Numbered from the stretch's first letter, positions 38,775-47,646 are shown. The stretch: 64,000 bases of DNA from Thermoanaerobaculales bacterium (GCA_035358815.1 DAOPQC010000013.1:9999-73998); one strand, 5' to 3'. The notes: generated by a model not told the origin, from the letters alone. Translations and numbers: made by a program.

Positions 38775-39408
38775 GTAGGGGCTAGGATCTGGGGGCTAGG
38801 GCCACCCGCCCTCTCCTTCCGACACCGCGCCCGCTTGTCACGGCGAAGTGACAGGCGAAGCCGGATCCGCTTCCGCGCCCGCTTCCGCGCCCGCTTCCGG
38901 ATTTGTCCCCTTCCCCCTACCCGTGCCCGTTCCCGTTCTCGCTCAATCGCCCGATCCTCGAGAGCGCTTCGCGCCGATTCTCTGGAGGCGCTCTCCGAGG
39001 GTGCCACCGCTGGCACTTTCGGGCCTCCGCATTGTGTGCTACCCGGAGAGATGCGACGCCGAAAGTGTCACCAGTGGCACGCCCGCAGGACGCGCCTGCC
39101 TCGTACCCGCCCCGCCTCTCGGGCGCGGAAGCGGGCGCGACCGCGTTCCCGTTCCCGTTCCCGTTCCCGTTCCCGCTCAATCGCCCGATCCTCGAGAGCG
39201 CTTCGCGCCGATTCTCTGGAGGCACTCTCCGAGGGTGCCACCGCTGGCACTTTCGGGCCTCCGCATTGTGTGCTACCCGGAGAGATGCGACGCCGAAAGT
39301 GTCACCAGTGGCACGCCCGCAGGACGCGCCTGCCTCGTACCCGCCCCGCCTCTCGGGCGCGGAAGCGGGCGCGGAAGCGGAAGAAGGTACCGCGACGACC
39401 GGCTCGAC
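38775..39408 (+). repeat. mosaic intergenic repeat, copies 9 and 10 (A-H-B-C-[D-E-F-G-B'] x2, 234-bp tandem duplication)
   Basis: A at 38775-38802; H (GTCACGGCGAAGTGACAGGCGAAGCC); B x3 at 38856-38900; hairpin cores at 39001-39080 and 39235-39314; hexamer array at 39145-39175 between the two units. The units are offset by exactly 234 nt. Confidence 0.9.
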
Positions 39409-39444
39409 AAACCAACGCCCCGGTCACCCGGGGCGTCGACGATG

Positions 39445-39542
39445 GCAGGCAGGATGCCTGCGCTCAAGCAGGCTGGAAGCCTGCGCTACAAAGCAGGCTG
39501 GAAGCCTGCGCTACAAAGCAGGCTGGAAGCCTGCGCTACAAC
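39445..39542 (-). repeat. tandem array of four 23-25-nt stem-loop units directly after the secF stop
   Basis: Three exact 25-nt units (39468-39492, 39493-39517, 39518-39542). The first two read GCAGGCTGGAAGCCTGCGCTACAAA and the third ends ...CAAC. Each contains the hairpin GCAGGCT-GGA-AGCCTGC. A fourth unit at 39445-39467 carries a compensated stem, GCAGGCA-GGA-TGCCTGC. Confidence 0.85.
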
Positions 39543-39543
39543 G

Positions 39544-40740
39544 CTACCTGCGGCCCTTGCTGCGACGCTGCTCGCGGCGCGCCGTGAGCAGCCGGCTGAT
39601 CCACAGGGCGACCGGCGAGGCGACGAAGACGGTCGAGTAGACGCCGACGAACAGGCCGACCAGCAGCACGAACGCGAAGGTGTTGATGACCTCGCCGCCG
39701 AAGATGAACAGCGGCAGCACCACCATGAGCACGGTTCCCGACGTGATGAAGGTCCGCGACAGGGTCTGGTTGATCGACAGGTCCATGATGTCCTCGAGCC
39801 GCTCGCCGCGCCGCAGCCGCAGGTTCTCGCGCACCCGGTCGAAGATCACCACCGTGTCGTTCACCGAGAAGCCGACCAGGGTCAGCAACGCGGCCACGGT
39901 CGGCAGGTTGATCTCGCGCTGGGTGATCATGAGCGCGGTCAGGGTGGTGATGACGTCGTGGAACAGCGCGACCACCGCCCCGATGCCGTAGGGCAGCTGG
40001 AAGCGGACCCAGACGTAGACCAGCATGCCCAGCAGCGACAGCGCGATCGCCATCGTCGCCGCCTTCTTGAGGTCGGCGCCCACCGCCGGTCCCACGCTCT
40101 CGACCCCGAGCAGCGCGAAGGAGCCGACCGCGGCCCGCTCGCGGATCGCCGACCTCGCGGCCGGGCTCAGCTCGGGGATGCCCGCGAGCTCATCGAGCGA
40201 GCGGAAGATGCCGCGGCTCTTGCGATAGTCGAGGACCGCCTCGGCCATCGGCGAGTAGTGCTGCGCGAGGTCGGCGCCGCCGGCCGCCACCCGGTCGGGA
40301 TCGGCGTCGGCCAGGAGCAGGGCCAGCGCCTGGGAGCCCTGGGTGTTGAGGTCGAAGCGGCGGCCCACGTCGGCGTTGAACTCGGCCACCATGTGGTCGA
40401 TGATCGGCCGGGTGAGGTCGCCCTCCTCGTCGGACGGGTTCTGGACCCGGATCAGGACCTCGTTCTTCTCGGCCTCGTCGTAGCGCTGGATGATCGGTGC
40501 GTCGGGCGAAACGGCAGCCAGCGAGCTGCGCAGCCGGTCGAGGTCGGGAGCGTCGCGGAACTTGGCCAGGACCTGGGTGCCGCCGGTGAAGTCGATGCCG
40601 AACCTCAGCCCCGGGATCCCCGGGCTGAGGAATCCGGCGACGAGCCACACCAGGCCGGCGCCGACGACGATCGCCGAGGCCGTGACGGCGATCCTCCGGT
40701 AGGAGAGAAACGGGATGTGGGTCTCGCCGATGATGCGCAT
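39544..40740 (-). CDS. secF: protein translocase subunit SecF
   Basis: 398 aa, polytopic, directly after secD in the tgt-yajC-secD-secF order. Confidence 0.9.
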   Translation of the reverse strand: MRIIGETHIPFLSYRRIAVTASAIVVGAGLVWLVAGFLSPGIPGLRFGIDFTGGTQVLAKFRDAPDLDRLRSSLAAVSPDAPIIQRYDEAEKNEVLIRVQNPSDEEGDLTRPIIDHMVAEFNADVGRRFDLNTQGSQALALLLADADPDRVAAGGADLAQHYSPMAEAVLDYRKSRGIFRSLDELAGIPELSPAARSAIRERAAVGSFALLGVESVGPAVGADLKKAATMAIALSLLGMLVYVWVRFQLPYGIGAVVALFHDVITTLTALMITQREINLPTVAALLTLVGFSVNDTVVIFDRVRENLRLRRGERLEDIMDLSINQTLSRTFITSGTVLMVVLPLFIFGGEVINTFAFVLLVGLFVGVYSTVFVASPVALWISRLLTARREQRRSKGRR

Positions 40741-40750
40741 TGCCCCTCCC

Positions 40751-42310
40751 TCACACGCTCAGCGTCTCGACCCGGTCCCTGCTGGCGAGCAGCAGCATGT
40801 ACAGGGTGCGTGACACGAAGACTGCGGTGAACATGCTCGCCACGAGGCCAATTGACAGGGTGACCGCGAAGCCCTTGACCGGGCCGGTGCCGAACTGGAA
40901 CAGGAAGAGCGCGGCGATCAGCGTGGTCAGGTTGGAGTCGAGGATGGTCACGAACGCCCGCGAGAAGCCGGTGTCGATCGCCGACCGGACGGTCTTGCCG
41001 ACCGCCAGCTCCTCGCGGATGCGCTCGAAGATCAGCACGTTGGCGTCGACCGCCATGCCGATGGTCAGGATGATCCCCGCGATGCCCGGCAGGGTGAGGG
41101 TGGCCCCGAAGTAGGACATCGCGCCGAGCAGGATGACGACGTTGAGGATCAGGGCGAACACCGCGTTGAGGCCGGACAGCTTGTAGTAGACGACCATGAA
41201 CACGATCACCAGGAGCAGGCCGACGAGCCCGGCCCGCACCCCATGGACGATCGAGTCGCGGCCGAGCGACGGGCCGACGGTGCGCTCCTCGAGGTAGTTG
41301 ATCGACGCCGGCAGGGCGCCGGCGCGCAGCTTCAGGGCGAGGTCCTCGGCGGTCTCGATGCTGAAGTTGCCCTCGATGTAGCCTTCGTCCCGGATCCGCG
41401 ACCGGATCACCGGCGCCGAGATGACGTTGCCGTCGAGCACGATGGCGGCGGGGTCCCCGATGTGGGCGCCGGTGAACTCGGCGAACTTGTCGCCGCCGGC
41501 GGGCACCAGGTAGAAGTTGACCACCGCCTCGCCGAACTGGCCCTGGCCGCGGCGGGCCGTCCGCAGGTCGCGGCCGGTGACGATCGCCGCCTTCCGGAGC
41601 AGGTAGTAGTCCTTGCCGACGACCACGCCGGACGCGTCCTCGCGGTCCTCGGTGGCGACCTCGGCGTCGGACGGCACCTGGCCGCCGGTGCGCGCGAGCA
41701 GGATGTCGCGGCTCGGCGCCGGCCCCGCGATCACCTCCTTCCACTCGAGGAAGGCGGTGTTGGAGATGATCTCCTTGACGCGGGTCGGGTCGTCGACGCC
41801 GGGCAGCTGGACGAGGATCCGGTCGTTCCCTGTCCCCTGCCGCTGGATCACCGGCTCGGCGACGCCGAACTGGTCGACGCGGTTGCGGATCGTCTCCAGC
41901 GCCTGGCGCACGGCCAGGTCGCGGATGTTGCCCTCGACGTTGGGCTTGAAGGCGAGGCTCCAGGCCTCGGTCCCGGTGCTGAGGTCGTACTCGGGCAGGA
42001 AGTCGTCGACCAGCTGCCGCAGGGCGTTGCGGTCGACGTTGGGCGGCACCGCCACCCGGAGGGTGAGCTTGTCGACGTCGACCGACCACTCGCCCAGCGT
42101 GATGCCCTTCTCGCCGGCCCGCGTCTTCAGCCGGAGCGCCGCGTCGTCGAGCTCGGCCTTGATGGCATCGTCGGTCTCCACCTGGAGAACCAGGTGAATG
42201 CCGCCGGAGAGATCGAGCCCGAGCGGGAGCCTCCGCTGGACCAGCGCGAAGACGGAGGCCGCAACCACGGCCACGATGATGACGATGCGCCAGATGATCT
42301 TGCGGTCCAC
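40751..42310 (-). CDS. secD: protein translocase subunit SecD
   Basis: 519 aa with an N-terminal TM helix, a large periplasmic domain and a C-terminal 5-TM bundle (LTLPGIAGIILTIGMAVDANVLIFERIREE). Confidence 0.9.
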   Translation of the reverse strand: MDRKIIWRIVIIVAVVAASVFALVQRRLPLGLDLSGGIHLVLQVETDDAIKAELDDAALRLKTRAGEKGITLGEWSVDVDKLTLRVAVPPNVDRNALRQLVDDFLPEYDLSTGTEAWSLAFKPNVEGNIRDLAVRQALETIRNRVDQFGVAEPVIQRQGTGNDRILVQLPGVDDPTRVKEIISNTAFLEWKEVIAGPAPSRDILLARTGGQVPSDAEVATEDREDASGVVVGKDYYLLRKAAIVTGRDLRTARRGQGQFGEAVVNFYLVPAGGDKFAEFTGAHIGDPAAIVLDGNVISAPVIRSRIRDEGYIEGNFSIETAEDLALKLRAGALPASINYLEERTVGPSLGRDSIVHGVRAGLVGLLLVIVFMVVYYKLSGLNAVFALILNVVILLGAMSYFGATLTLPGIAGIILTIGMAVDANVLIFERIREELAVGKTVRSAIDTGFSRAFVTILDSNLTTLIAALFLFQFGTGPVKGFAVTLSIGLVASMFTAVFVSRTLYMLLLASRDRVETLSV

Positions 42311-42321
42311 TGTCGCCTCCG

Positions 42322-42621
42322 CTAGCTGCCGGCCGTGTCGTCCTCGCCGGCGGCCATGCCGGCGATGGCGTTCTTGGCCACCCTGATCTTGACGTTCTCG
42401 GCCACCTTCAGCAGCAGCGCGGTGTCCTCCACCGCCGCCACCGAGCCGAAGATCCCGCCGGTGGTGACCACGCGGTCACCCTTTTTGAGAGCCGAGATCA
42501 TCGCGTCCTTCTTCTTCTGCTGCTTCTTGGCGGGCAGGATGACGATGAAGTAGAAGACCGCGAAGATCAGAACGAACGGCACGAGCATGGTCAGGGGGTT
42601 CCCCCCCGCGGCGTTTCCCAT
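42322..42621 (-). CDS. yajC: preprotein translocase subunit YajC
   Basis: 99 aa with a single TM helix and the KKGDRVVTTGGIFG motif. Confidence 0.9.
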   Translation of the reverse strand: MGNAAGGNPLTMLVPFVLIFAVFYFIVILPAKKQQKKKDAMISALKKGDRVVTTGGIFGSVAAVEDTALLLKVAENVKIRVAKNAIAGMAAGEDDTAGS

Positions 42622-42650
42622 GGATCACCCCTCAGTGTCGGCGCAGGCTC

Positions 42651-43781
42651 TCACCCGGCGTCCGCCCTTCTGGCGAGCTCGACTCGCGTCCTGAACCGCG
42701 AGTAGCGGCCCGCAATGATAGCCTCCCGGGCCCCGCGCATCAAGCTCAGGAAGAACGTCAGGTTGTGCACGGTCAGCAGGACCACCGAGGTCGCCTCCCG
42801 GGCAACGTACAGGTGGCGGAGCGCGCCCCGGGAGTAGGTGGCGCAGGTCGGGCACGGACAGTCCGGATCGGGAGGGCGGTCATCGTCCGCATGGCGGTTG
42901 TTCTTGATGTTGAGCTCGCCGCGTGACGTGAACAGCTTGCCGGTGCGCGCCGAGCGGGTCGGCAGCACGCAGTCGAAGAGGTCGACCCCGCAGGCCACGG
43001 CGTGCAGCAGGTCCTCCGGGTACCCCACCCCCATCAGGTAGCGGGGGCGATCGGCAGGCAGCAGCGGGGCGAAAGCTGCGACCGAGTCGCGGAGCTGCTG
43101 CTGGGGCTCGCCCACCGCCAGCCCCCCGACCGCGAAGCCGTCGAAGGGGTGCTCGGCGAGGGCGTCGCCGCACCGCCGGCGGATCTCCGGGTTGGCGCCG
43201 CCCTGCTGGATCCCGAACAGCCCGCCGGCCCAGCCGCCCTGCCGGCGCTGCGACGCCTGGCGCAGCCCGCGCAGCGCCCACCCGACCGTCCGCTCGGCGG
43301 CCCGCTCCACGGAGCTGCGATCGGCGTCGTGGGGCAGGCACTCGTCGAGCACCATGGCGATGTCGACCCCGAACCGGGCCTGGGCGTCGACGGCGCCCGC
43401 GGGCTCGAGCCGGTGGCTGCTGCCGTCGAGGTGCGACTGGAAGGTCACGCCGTCGTCGTCCACCGTGCGGCGCGTCGCCAGCGAGTGGACCTGGTAGCCC
43501 CCCGAGTCGGTCAGGATCGGCCCTTGCCAGCCCATCAGGCGGTGCAGGCCGCCCAGCCGCTCGATGAGCTCGACGCCGGGCCGGAGCAGGAGGTGGTAGG
43601 TGTTGGCGAGAACGATCTCCGGCGCGAGCCGCGCGAGCTCCCACGCCGCGATGCCCTTGACGGTTCCGGCGGTTCCCACCGGCATGAAGGCGGGCGTGCG
43701 CACGACGCCGTGCGGCGTCGCCAGCTCGCCGGCGCGGGCGGCAGTGTCGTGGTCACGGAAGGTGATCGCGAACGGCAGCAT
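42651..43781 (-). CDS. tgt: queuine tRNA-ribosyltransferase (tRNA-guanine transglycosylase)
   Basis: 376 aa with motifs TPAFMPVGT and DSGGYQ and zinc site CPCPTC...H. Confidence 0.95.
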   Translation of the reverse strand: MLPFAITFRDHDTAARAGELATPHGVVRTPAFMPVGTAGTVKGIAAWELARLAPEIVLANTYHLLLRPGVELIERLGGLHRLMGWQGPILTDSGGYQVHSLATRRTVDDDGVTFQSHLDGSSHRLEPAGAVDAQARFGVDIAMVLDECLPHDADRSSVERAAERTVGWALRGLRQASQRRQGGWAGGLFGIQQGGANPEIRRRCGDALAEHPFDGFAVGGLAVGEPQQQLRDSVAAFAPLLPADRPRYLMGVGYPEDLLHAVACGVDLFDCVLPTRSARTGKLFTSRGELNIKNNRHADDDRPPDPDCPCPTCATYSRGALRHLYVAREATSVVLLTVHNLTFFLSLMRGAREAIIAGRYSRFRTRVELARRADAG

Positions 43782-43812
43782 GAGGGCAACCAGGGAGACC
43801 GGCCGATGGGCC

Positions 43813-44553
43813 TCAGCCGAGGCCCGACGAGGCGTCGATGGTCTCCACCGAGATGCTGTCCGAGAACTCGAGCAGGAAGCGGGAGACGTCGAGGTGCGGG
43901 TCGATCTGGATGCCGTGGAACTCGTAACGGGTCGCGTCGCCGTCGGCCTCGTGGAAGTCCACGACCACCGGCAGCAGCAGCGAGCGGTCGACCTCGAGTG
44001 AGAGCGACCGCAGCCGCCGGCGCAGCGACGCGGCCGTCGGCTCGAGCACGAACACGTACGGCTGGGGGGCGGTGCGCTCCTCGAAACGGATCCGGAAGTA
44101 GGTCAGCAGGTCGTCGAGGGGAAGCGTCCCGGCGAGCGCCTGGACGAACCGCCGATCGCCGCTCGAGACCTTGACCCGTTCGGCGCGCTTGCCGGCGGGG
44201 TGGAAGGTGGTCACCCAGTCGTCCGCGAACAGCACCACCATCGCGTCCGGCTTGCGGTAGTCCCACCGCACGCGGTCCGGCGCGAGGTAGCAGAACTCGC
44301 CGGTCGACCGCACGTCACCGAGCAGCAGCTCGCTCGAGCGGACCTGGACGAACTCGGCGCGCATCGACCGCAGGGCGCGCTGGCGCATCACCACCCGGTC
44401 CATGACGGCCTCGAGCTTGGCGCTGCCGTGGAGGCTGTCGAGCGGAACCTCCCGGGTGCTGCCGTCGGCCGCCAACGGGCCCACCACCCACAGCAGGGCA
44501 CCGGTCCCCAGGCAGGCTGCAAGAATCCACAGGGGAATCGCGACTCGACGCAC
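43813..44553 (-). CDS. LolA-like outer-membrane lipoprotein carrier family protein
   Basis: 246 aa with a signal peptide. Pattern LRSMRAEFVQV...GEFCYLAPDRVRWDY...VLEP is typical of the LolA/LolB fold family. Confidence 0.55.
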   Translation of the reverse strand: MRRVAIPLWILAACLGTGALLWVVGPLAADGSTREVPLDSLHGSAKLEAVMDRVVMRQRALRSMRAEFVQVRSSELLLGDVRSTGEFCYLAPDRVRWDYRKPDAMVVLFADDWVTTFHPAGKRAERVKVSSGDRRFVQALAGTLPLDDLLTYFRIRFEERTAPQPYVFVLEPTAASLRRRLRSLSLEVDRSLLLPVVVDFHEADGDATRYEFHGIQIDPHLDVSRFLLEFSDSISVETIDASSGLG

Positions 44554-44583
44554 CGGGCCTACTCTAGCACGAAGAAGCGGATC

Positions 44584-44890
44584 GGATCTAGGATCTGGGA
44601 TCTAGGGAATGGGCCCCGCCCGTCCCCGCTCCCGCTTCCGCGCCCGCTTCCGGTTCCGCGCCCGACGGGTGAGGCGAGCACGAGGAAGGCGCGTCCTGCG
44701 GGCGTGCCACTGGTGACACTTTCGGGGTCGCATCTCGCCGGGTCGCACACACCACGCGGGGGCCCGAAAGTGTCAGCGGTGGCACCCTCGGGGAGCGCCT
44801 CCAGAGAATCAGCGCGAAGCGCTCTGGAGGACGGAGCTAACACGCGGGCACGGGCACGGAGACGGGCACGGGCAGGGGGAGACCCCCACC
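44584..44890 (-). repeat. mosaic intergenic repeat, copy 11 (A-B then inverted G-F-E-D-C)
   Basis: A at 44584-44613 in forward orientation and B at 44625-44660. The core is inverted: F' at 44690-44703, hairpin at 44704-44785, D' at 44786-44832, and a (GGGCAC/GGGAAC)-like array at 44844-44878. Confidence 0.9.
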
Positions 44891-44934
44891 CTACCGCTCG
44901 CCCCACCCGGGTATGATCATCCCGGAGGCCAGCC

Positions 44935-45240
44935 ATGACCGACTCGAAGAGCCCCCCGCCCGCGCCGCGGATGACCGTCAGGGACGAGATCGCTCTCGGC
45001 CAGTACTCGAACTTCGTCAGCATCGCTCACAACTACGCCGAGGTGCTGCTCGACTTCGGCCGCACGCTGCCCGGGCGGCAGGACATCCCGGTGGTCGCGC
45101 GGATCATCATGAACCCGTTCCAGGCCAAGCAGCTGGTGCGGGCGCTCGCGCACAACCTCAAGCTCTACGAGCAGAACTACGGGGAGATCGCCGAACCGCC
45201 GAAGCCCCCGCCGGGCACCGTCCCTGGGGGCCCGAACTAG
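44935..45240 (+). CDS. DUF3467-family small protein
   Basis: 101 aa; YSNFVSIAHNYAEVLLDFG matches the DUF3467 core as I remember it. The TAG stop lies inside the left inverted repeat of the next element. Confidence 0.6.
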   Translation: MTDSKSPPPAPRMTVRDEIALGQYSNFVSIAHNYAEVLLDFGRTLPGRQDIPVVARIIMNPFQAKQLVRALAHNLKLYEQNYGEIAEPPKPPPGTVPGGPN

Positions 45241-45554
45241 GATCTGGGGGCTAGGATCTAGGGCCCCCGCCCGTGCCCGTGCCCGTTACCGTTTCCGTGC
45301 TGTGGGAGGAGCTCGGAACACGGCCAACCTCAGTCTCGATTTCGCTTCCTAGCACTTTCACTCACAGTGGTATGGCGGCTCGAGTCTCGACGGGCGACCG
45401 CCTGTCCTCGCCACGATGTCCAGCAGACCGCACCGGTGGCCTGAGCGGGTCGAGATCCTATCCCCTGGATCCCAGATCCCAGGGCAAGCCACCCGCCTGG
45501 GGACCGACGGCGTCGAATCCCGTCGGCCCCTAGATCCTAGCCCCCAGATCCTAG
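45237..45554. mobile_element. MITE-like member of the repeat family bounded by perfect 27-bp terminal inverted repeats
   Basis: Left TIR CTAGGATCTGGGGGCTAGGATCTAGGG (45237-45263). Right TIR CCCTAGATCCTAGCCCCCAGATCCTAG (45528-45554), its exact reverse complement. The interior has degenerate C (CCCGTG)n, remnants of the hairpin arms (CACTTTC...CAGTGGTATGGC), and a 7-bp hairpin CCGACGG/CCGTCGG. No ORF. Confidence 0.5.
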
Positions 45555-45644
45555 ATCCTGTCGACCCGCAACGACTTGCCCCCACCCGAAGAACAAGGGC
45601 GCGCCGCAGCGCGCCCCGTCACCCTCGAAGCCGCCCTTGGCCGG

Positions 45645-47156
45645 CTACTGGTCGAGCTTCAGGATCGCGTAGAAGGAGCGCTCCGCCCTGGGCCTGAAGA
45701 CGTAGAGCCTCAGGTAGCCGCCCTCCTCGACGCGCTTGACCTCCGCGATCAGATCGGCGACGGAGCCGACCGCGCGCCCGTTGGCCTCGGTCACGACGTC
45801 GCCGCGCTGCAGGTCCTCCTCGGCCGCCGGCGACACCGATCGCACGCGGGTGATGACCACGCCCGCAACGTCCTCGCCGATGCCCCAGTACTGGCGCGCC
45901 CGGCCGTCGAGCTCGGCGACGCTGATGCCGACCCGCTCGTCGGCGGAGTCCTGGGCGCCCTCGTCGGCCGCCAGGTCGGGCTGCTCGCCCTCCTGGAGCC
46001 TCTCCTCGAGCTCGACCGTGATCTTCCGGTACGTGCCGTCCCGCTTCACCCCGAGGGTGACCTTGCTGCCGGGAGGCATCGCCGACACGCCGTCGATCAG
46101 CTCGCGGGTGTCCTTGATCCGACGGCCATCGATGTCGACCACCACGTCGCCGTGCCGGATCCCGGCCTTGTCGGCGGCATGGCCCTTCAGGACCTCCTGG
46201 ACGAACGCGCCGTCCCGGGTGTCGAGCTTGAACGCCTCGGCAGTCTCCTGGTCGATCGGGCCGACCATGAGGCCCAGGTAGCCCCGGACCACGCGGCCCC
46301 GCTCCCGCAGCTGCCCCAGGATCCTGGTCGCGATGTCGATCGGGACGGCAAAGCCGAGGTTCTGGCCGCGCGCGTTGATGGCGGTGTTGATGCCGACAAC
46401 CTCGCCGCGGAGGTTGACCAGGGGGCCGCCGGAGTTGCCGAAGTTGATCGCGGCGTCGGTCTGGATGAAGTTCTCGAACGAGGAGTCCGACAGCCCGAGC
46501 ACCCGGCCCTTGGCCGACACCACACCGACAGTGACCGTGTGATCCATGTTGAGCGGGTTGCCGACCGCCATCACCCACTCGCCGACCCGCAGCCGGTCCG
46601 CGTTGCCGAGGGCCAGATAGGGGAAGTTGCGGTCCGCCTGGGCGACCTTGAGCAGGGCGATGTCGGTGGCCGGGTCACGGCCCACGACGTCGACCTGGTA
46701 GCGCGTCCCGTCGGCGAGCTGGACCTCGATCTTGTCCGCGGCCTCGACCACGTGGTTGTTGGTCAGCACCTCGCCCGACGGCGAGATGAAGAACCCCGAT
46801 CCGGCGGACCGGCGCACCATCGGCTCCGAGTCGTCCTCGCCTTCGGGGCCCATCTGCGGGCCGAAGAAGAAGTGGAAGGGGTCGCGCGGCATGCCGCGGC
46901 CGCTGCCCTCCTCGGCGACCTCCCTGGAGTACACCGACACCACGGACGGAATCACCTGGTCGGCGAGAGCCACGAAGTCGGGGGCGCCGGCAGCCGCCAG
47001 CGGCGCCGCCGCGGCGGCCGGCGCCACTGCTGCCGGCGGCCGGTCGGCGGTGGCGGGCGGCGTGACGTTGAGGGCGCCGGCGATCACCATGCCGAAGAGC
47101 ACCGCCGCGACGACCACGGCGGCGAGCGAGAAGAGCCTGAGCTGTCCGCTTTCCAT
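45645..47156 (-). CDS. htrA: periplasmic serine endoprotease DegP/HtrA (two PDZ domains)
   Basis: Catalytic triad contexts TNNHVV, DIALLK and GNSGGPL, plus two PDZ regions. ATG 47156 (MESGQL) has an AGGAGGA RBS; the listed ORF to 47495 runs into repeat DNA. Confidence 0.9.
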   Translation of the reverse strand: MESGQLRLFSLAAVVVAAVLFGMVIAGALNVTPPATADRPPAAVAPAAAAAPLAAAGAPDFVALADQVIPSVVSVYSREVAEEGSGRGMPRDPFHFFFGPQMGPEGEDDSEPMVRRSAGSGFFISPSGEVLTNNHVVEAADKIEVQLADGTRYQVDVVGRDPATDIALLKVAQADRNFPYLALGNADRLRVGEWVMAVGNPLNMDHTVTVGVVSAKGRVLGLSDSSFENFIQTDAAINFGNSGGPLVNLRGEVVGINTAINARGQNLGFAVPIDIATRILGQLRERGRVVRGYLGLMVGPIDQETAEAFKLDTRDGAFVQEVLKGHAADKAGIRHGDVVVDIDGRRIKDTRELIDGVSAMPPGSKVTLGVKRDGTYRKITVELEERLQEGEQPDLAADEGAQDSADERVGISVAELDGRARQYWGIGEDVAGVVITRVRSVSPAAEEDLQRGDVVTEANGRAVGSVADLIAEVKRVEEGGYLRLYVFRPRAERSFYAILKLDQ

Positions 47157-47218
47157 TGAGGGGTTCCTCCTGAGGTCCGGGAGGCCGCACACACGCCTCC
47201 CGTCGCCCTCACGATAAC

Positions 47219-47234
47219 AGCAAGATCCTTGCCA
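47219..47234 (-). promoter_or_regulatory. sigma54 (-24/-12)-type promoter candidate upstream of htrA
   Basis: The minus strand reads TGGCAAGGATCTTGCT, against consensus TGGCACG-N4-TTGCW. The GG-N10-GC spacing is exact, with one mismatch. It lies ~65 nt upstream of ATG 47156. A GGAAC motif sits 3 nt further upstream. Confidence 0.35.
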
Positions 47235-47377
47235 GCGTTCCAAGCCGGCCTGCGGCCCCGTCGGTTGCCGTGCGAACCGCCGCGCGGGGCGCCGGCAAGG
47301 GCGCCGCCGCCAGCCCGGGGGATGCCTGCTGGCAAGCAACTGGGCCGCAGGCCGGCCAATTTGGCACTGCCGCCGAC

Positions 47378-47640
47378 ACGCTTCCGCTTCCCCTTCCGCG
47401 CCCGAGAGGCGAGGCGAGCACGAGGAGAGGGCGTCCTGCGGGCGTGCCACCGGTGACACTTTCGGGGTCGCGTCTCTCCGGGTTGCACACTCCACGCGGG
47501 GGCCCCGAAAGTATCACCGGTGGCACCCTCGGAGAGCGCCTCCAGTGCACCGGCGCGAACCGCTCTCGCGGACGGAGCGAACGAGCGGGAACGGGAACGG
47601 GAACGCGAACGGGAGCGGGAGCGGAAACGTGGACAGGGGA
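47378..47640 (-). repeat. mosaic intergenic repeat, copy 12 (inverted B-G-F-E-D-C)
   Basis: B-like at 47378-47400; G' (GAGGCGAGCACGAGG); F' at 47430-47443; hairpin core at 47444-47526, the best-paired copy with arms GTGCCACCGGTGACACTTTCGG and CCGAAAGTATCACCGGTGGCAC; D' at 47527-47575; (GGGAAC)n at ~47586-47629. Confidence 0.9.
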
Positions 47641-47646
47641 ACTACC

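Noticed and set aside
38900-39545. Possible CRISPR array, suggested by regularly spaced direct repeats in a non-coding region.
   Set aside because: The period is 234 bp with near-identical material between the repeats, so this is a tandem duplication and not repeat-spacer units. The 25-nt units at 39468-39542 are contiguous with no spacers. No cas genes are present in the window.
38835-40830. ORFs running through repeat DNA: 38835..39587, 38848..40830 and 38903..39640. Elsewhere there are 12454..12753, 15933..16295, 36180..36482, 44559..45023 and 47209..47550. Their translations contain GNGNGNG, RERERER, PFPFPFP or SRSRSR strings.
   Set aside because: The peptide repeats are simply the hexamer and 12-mer DNA repeats read in different frames. 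Frames are not conserved between repeat copies because of indels, and no RBS or start context is shared.
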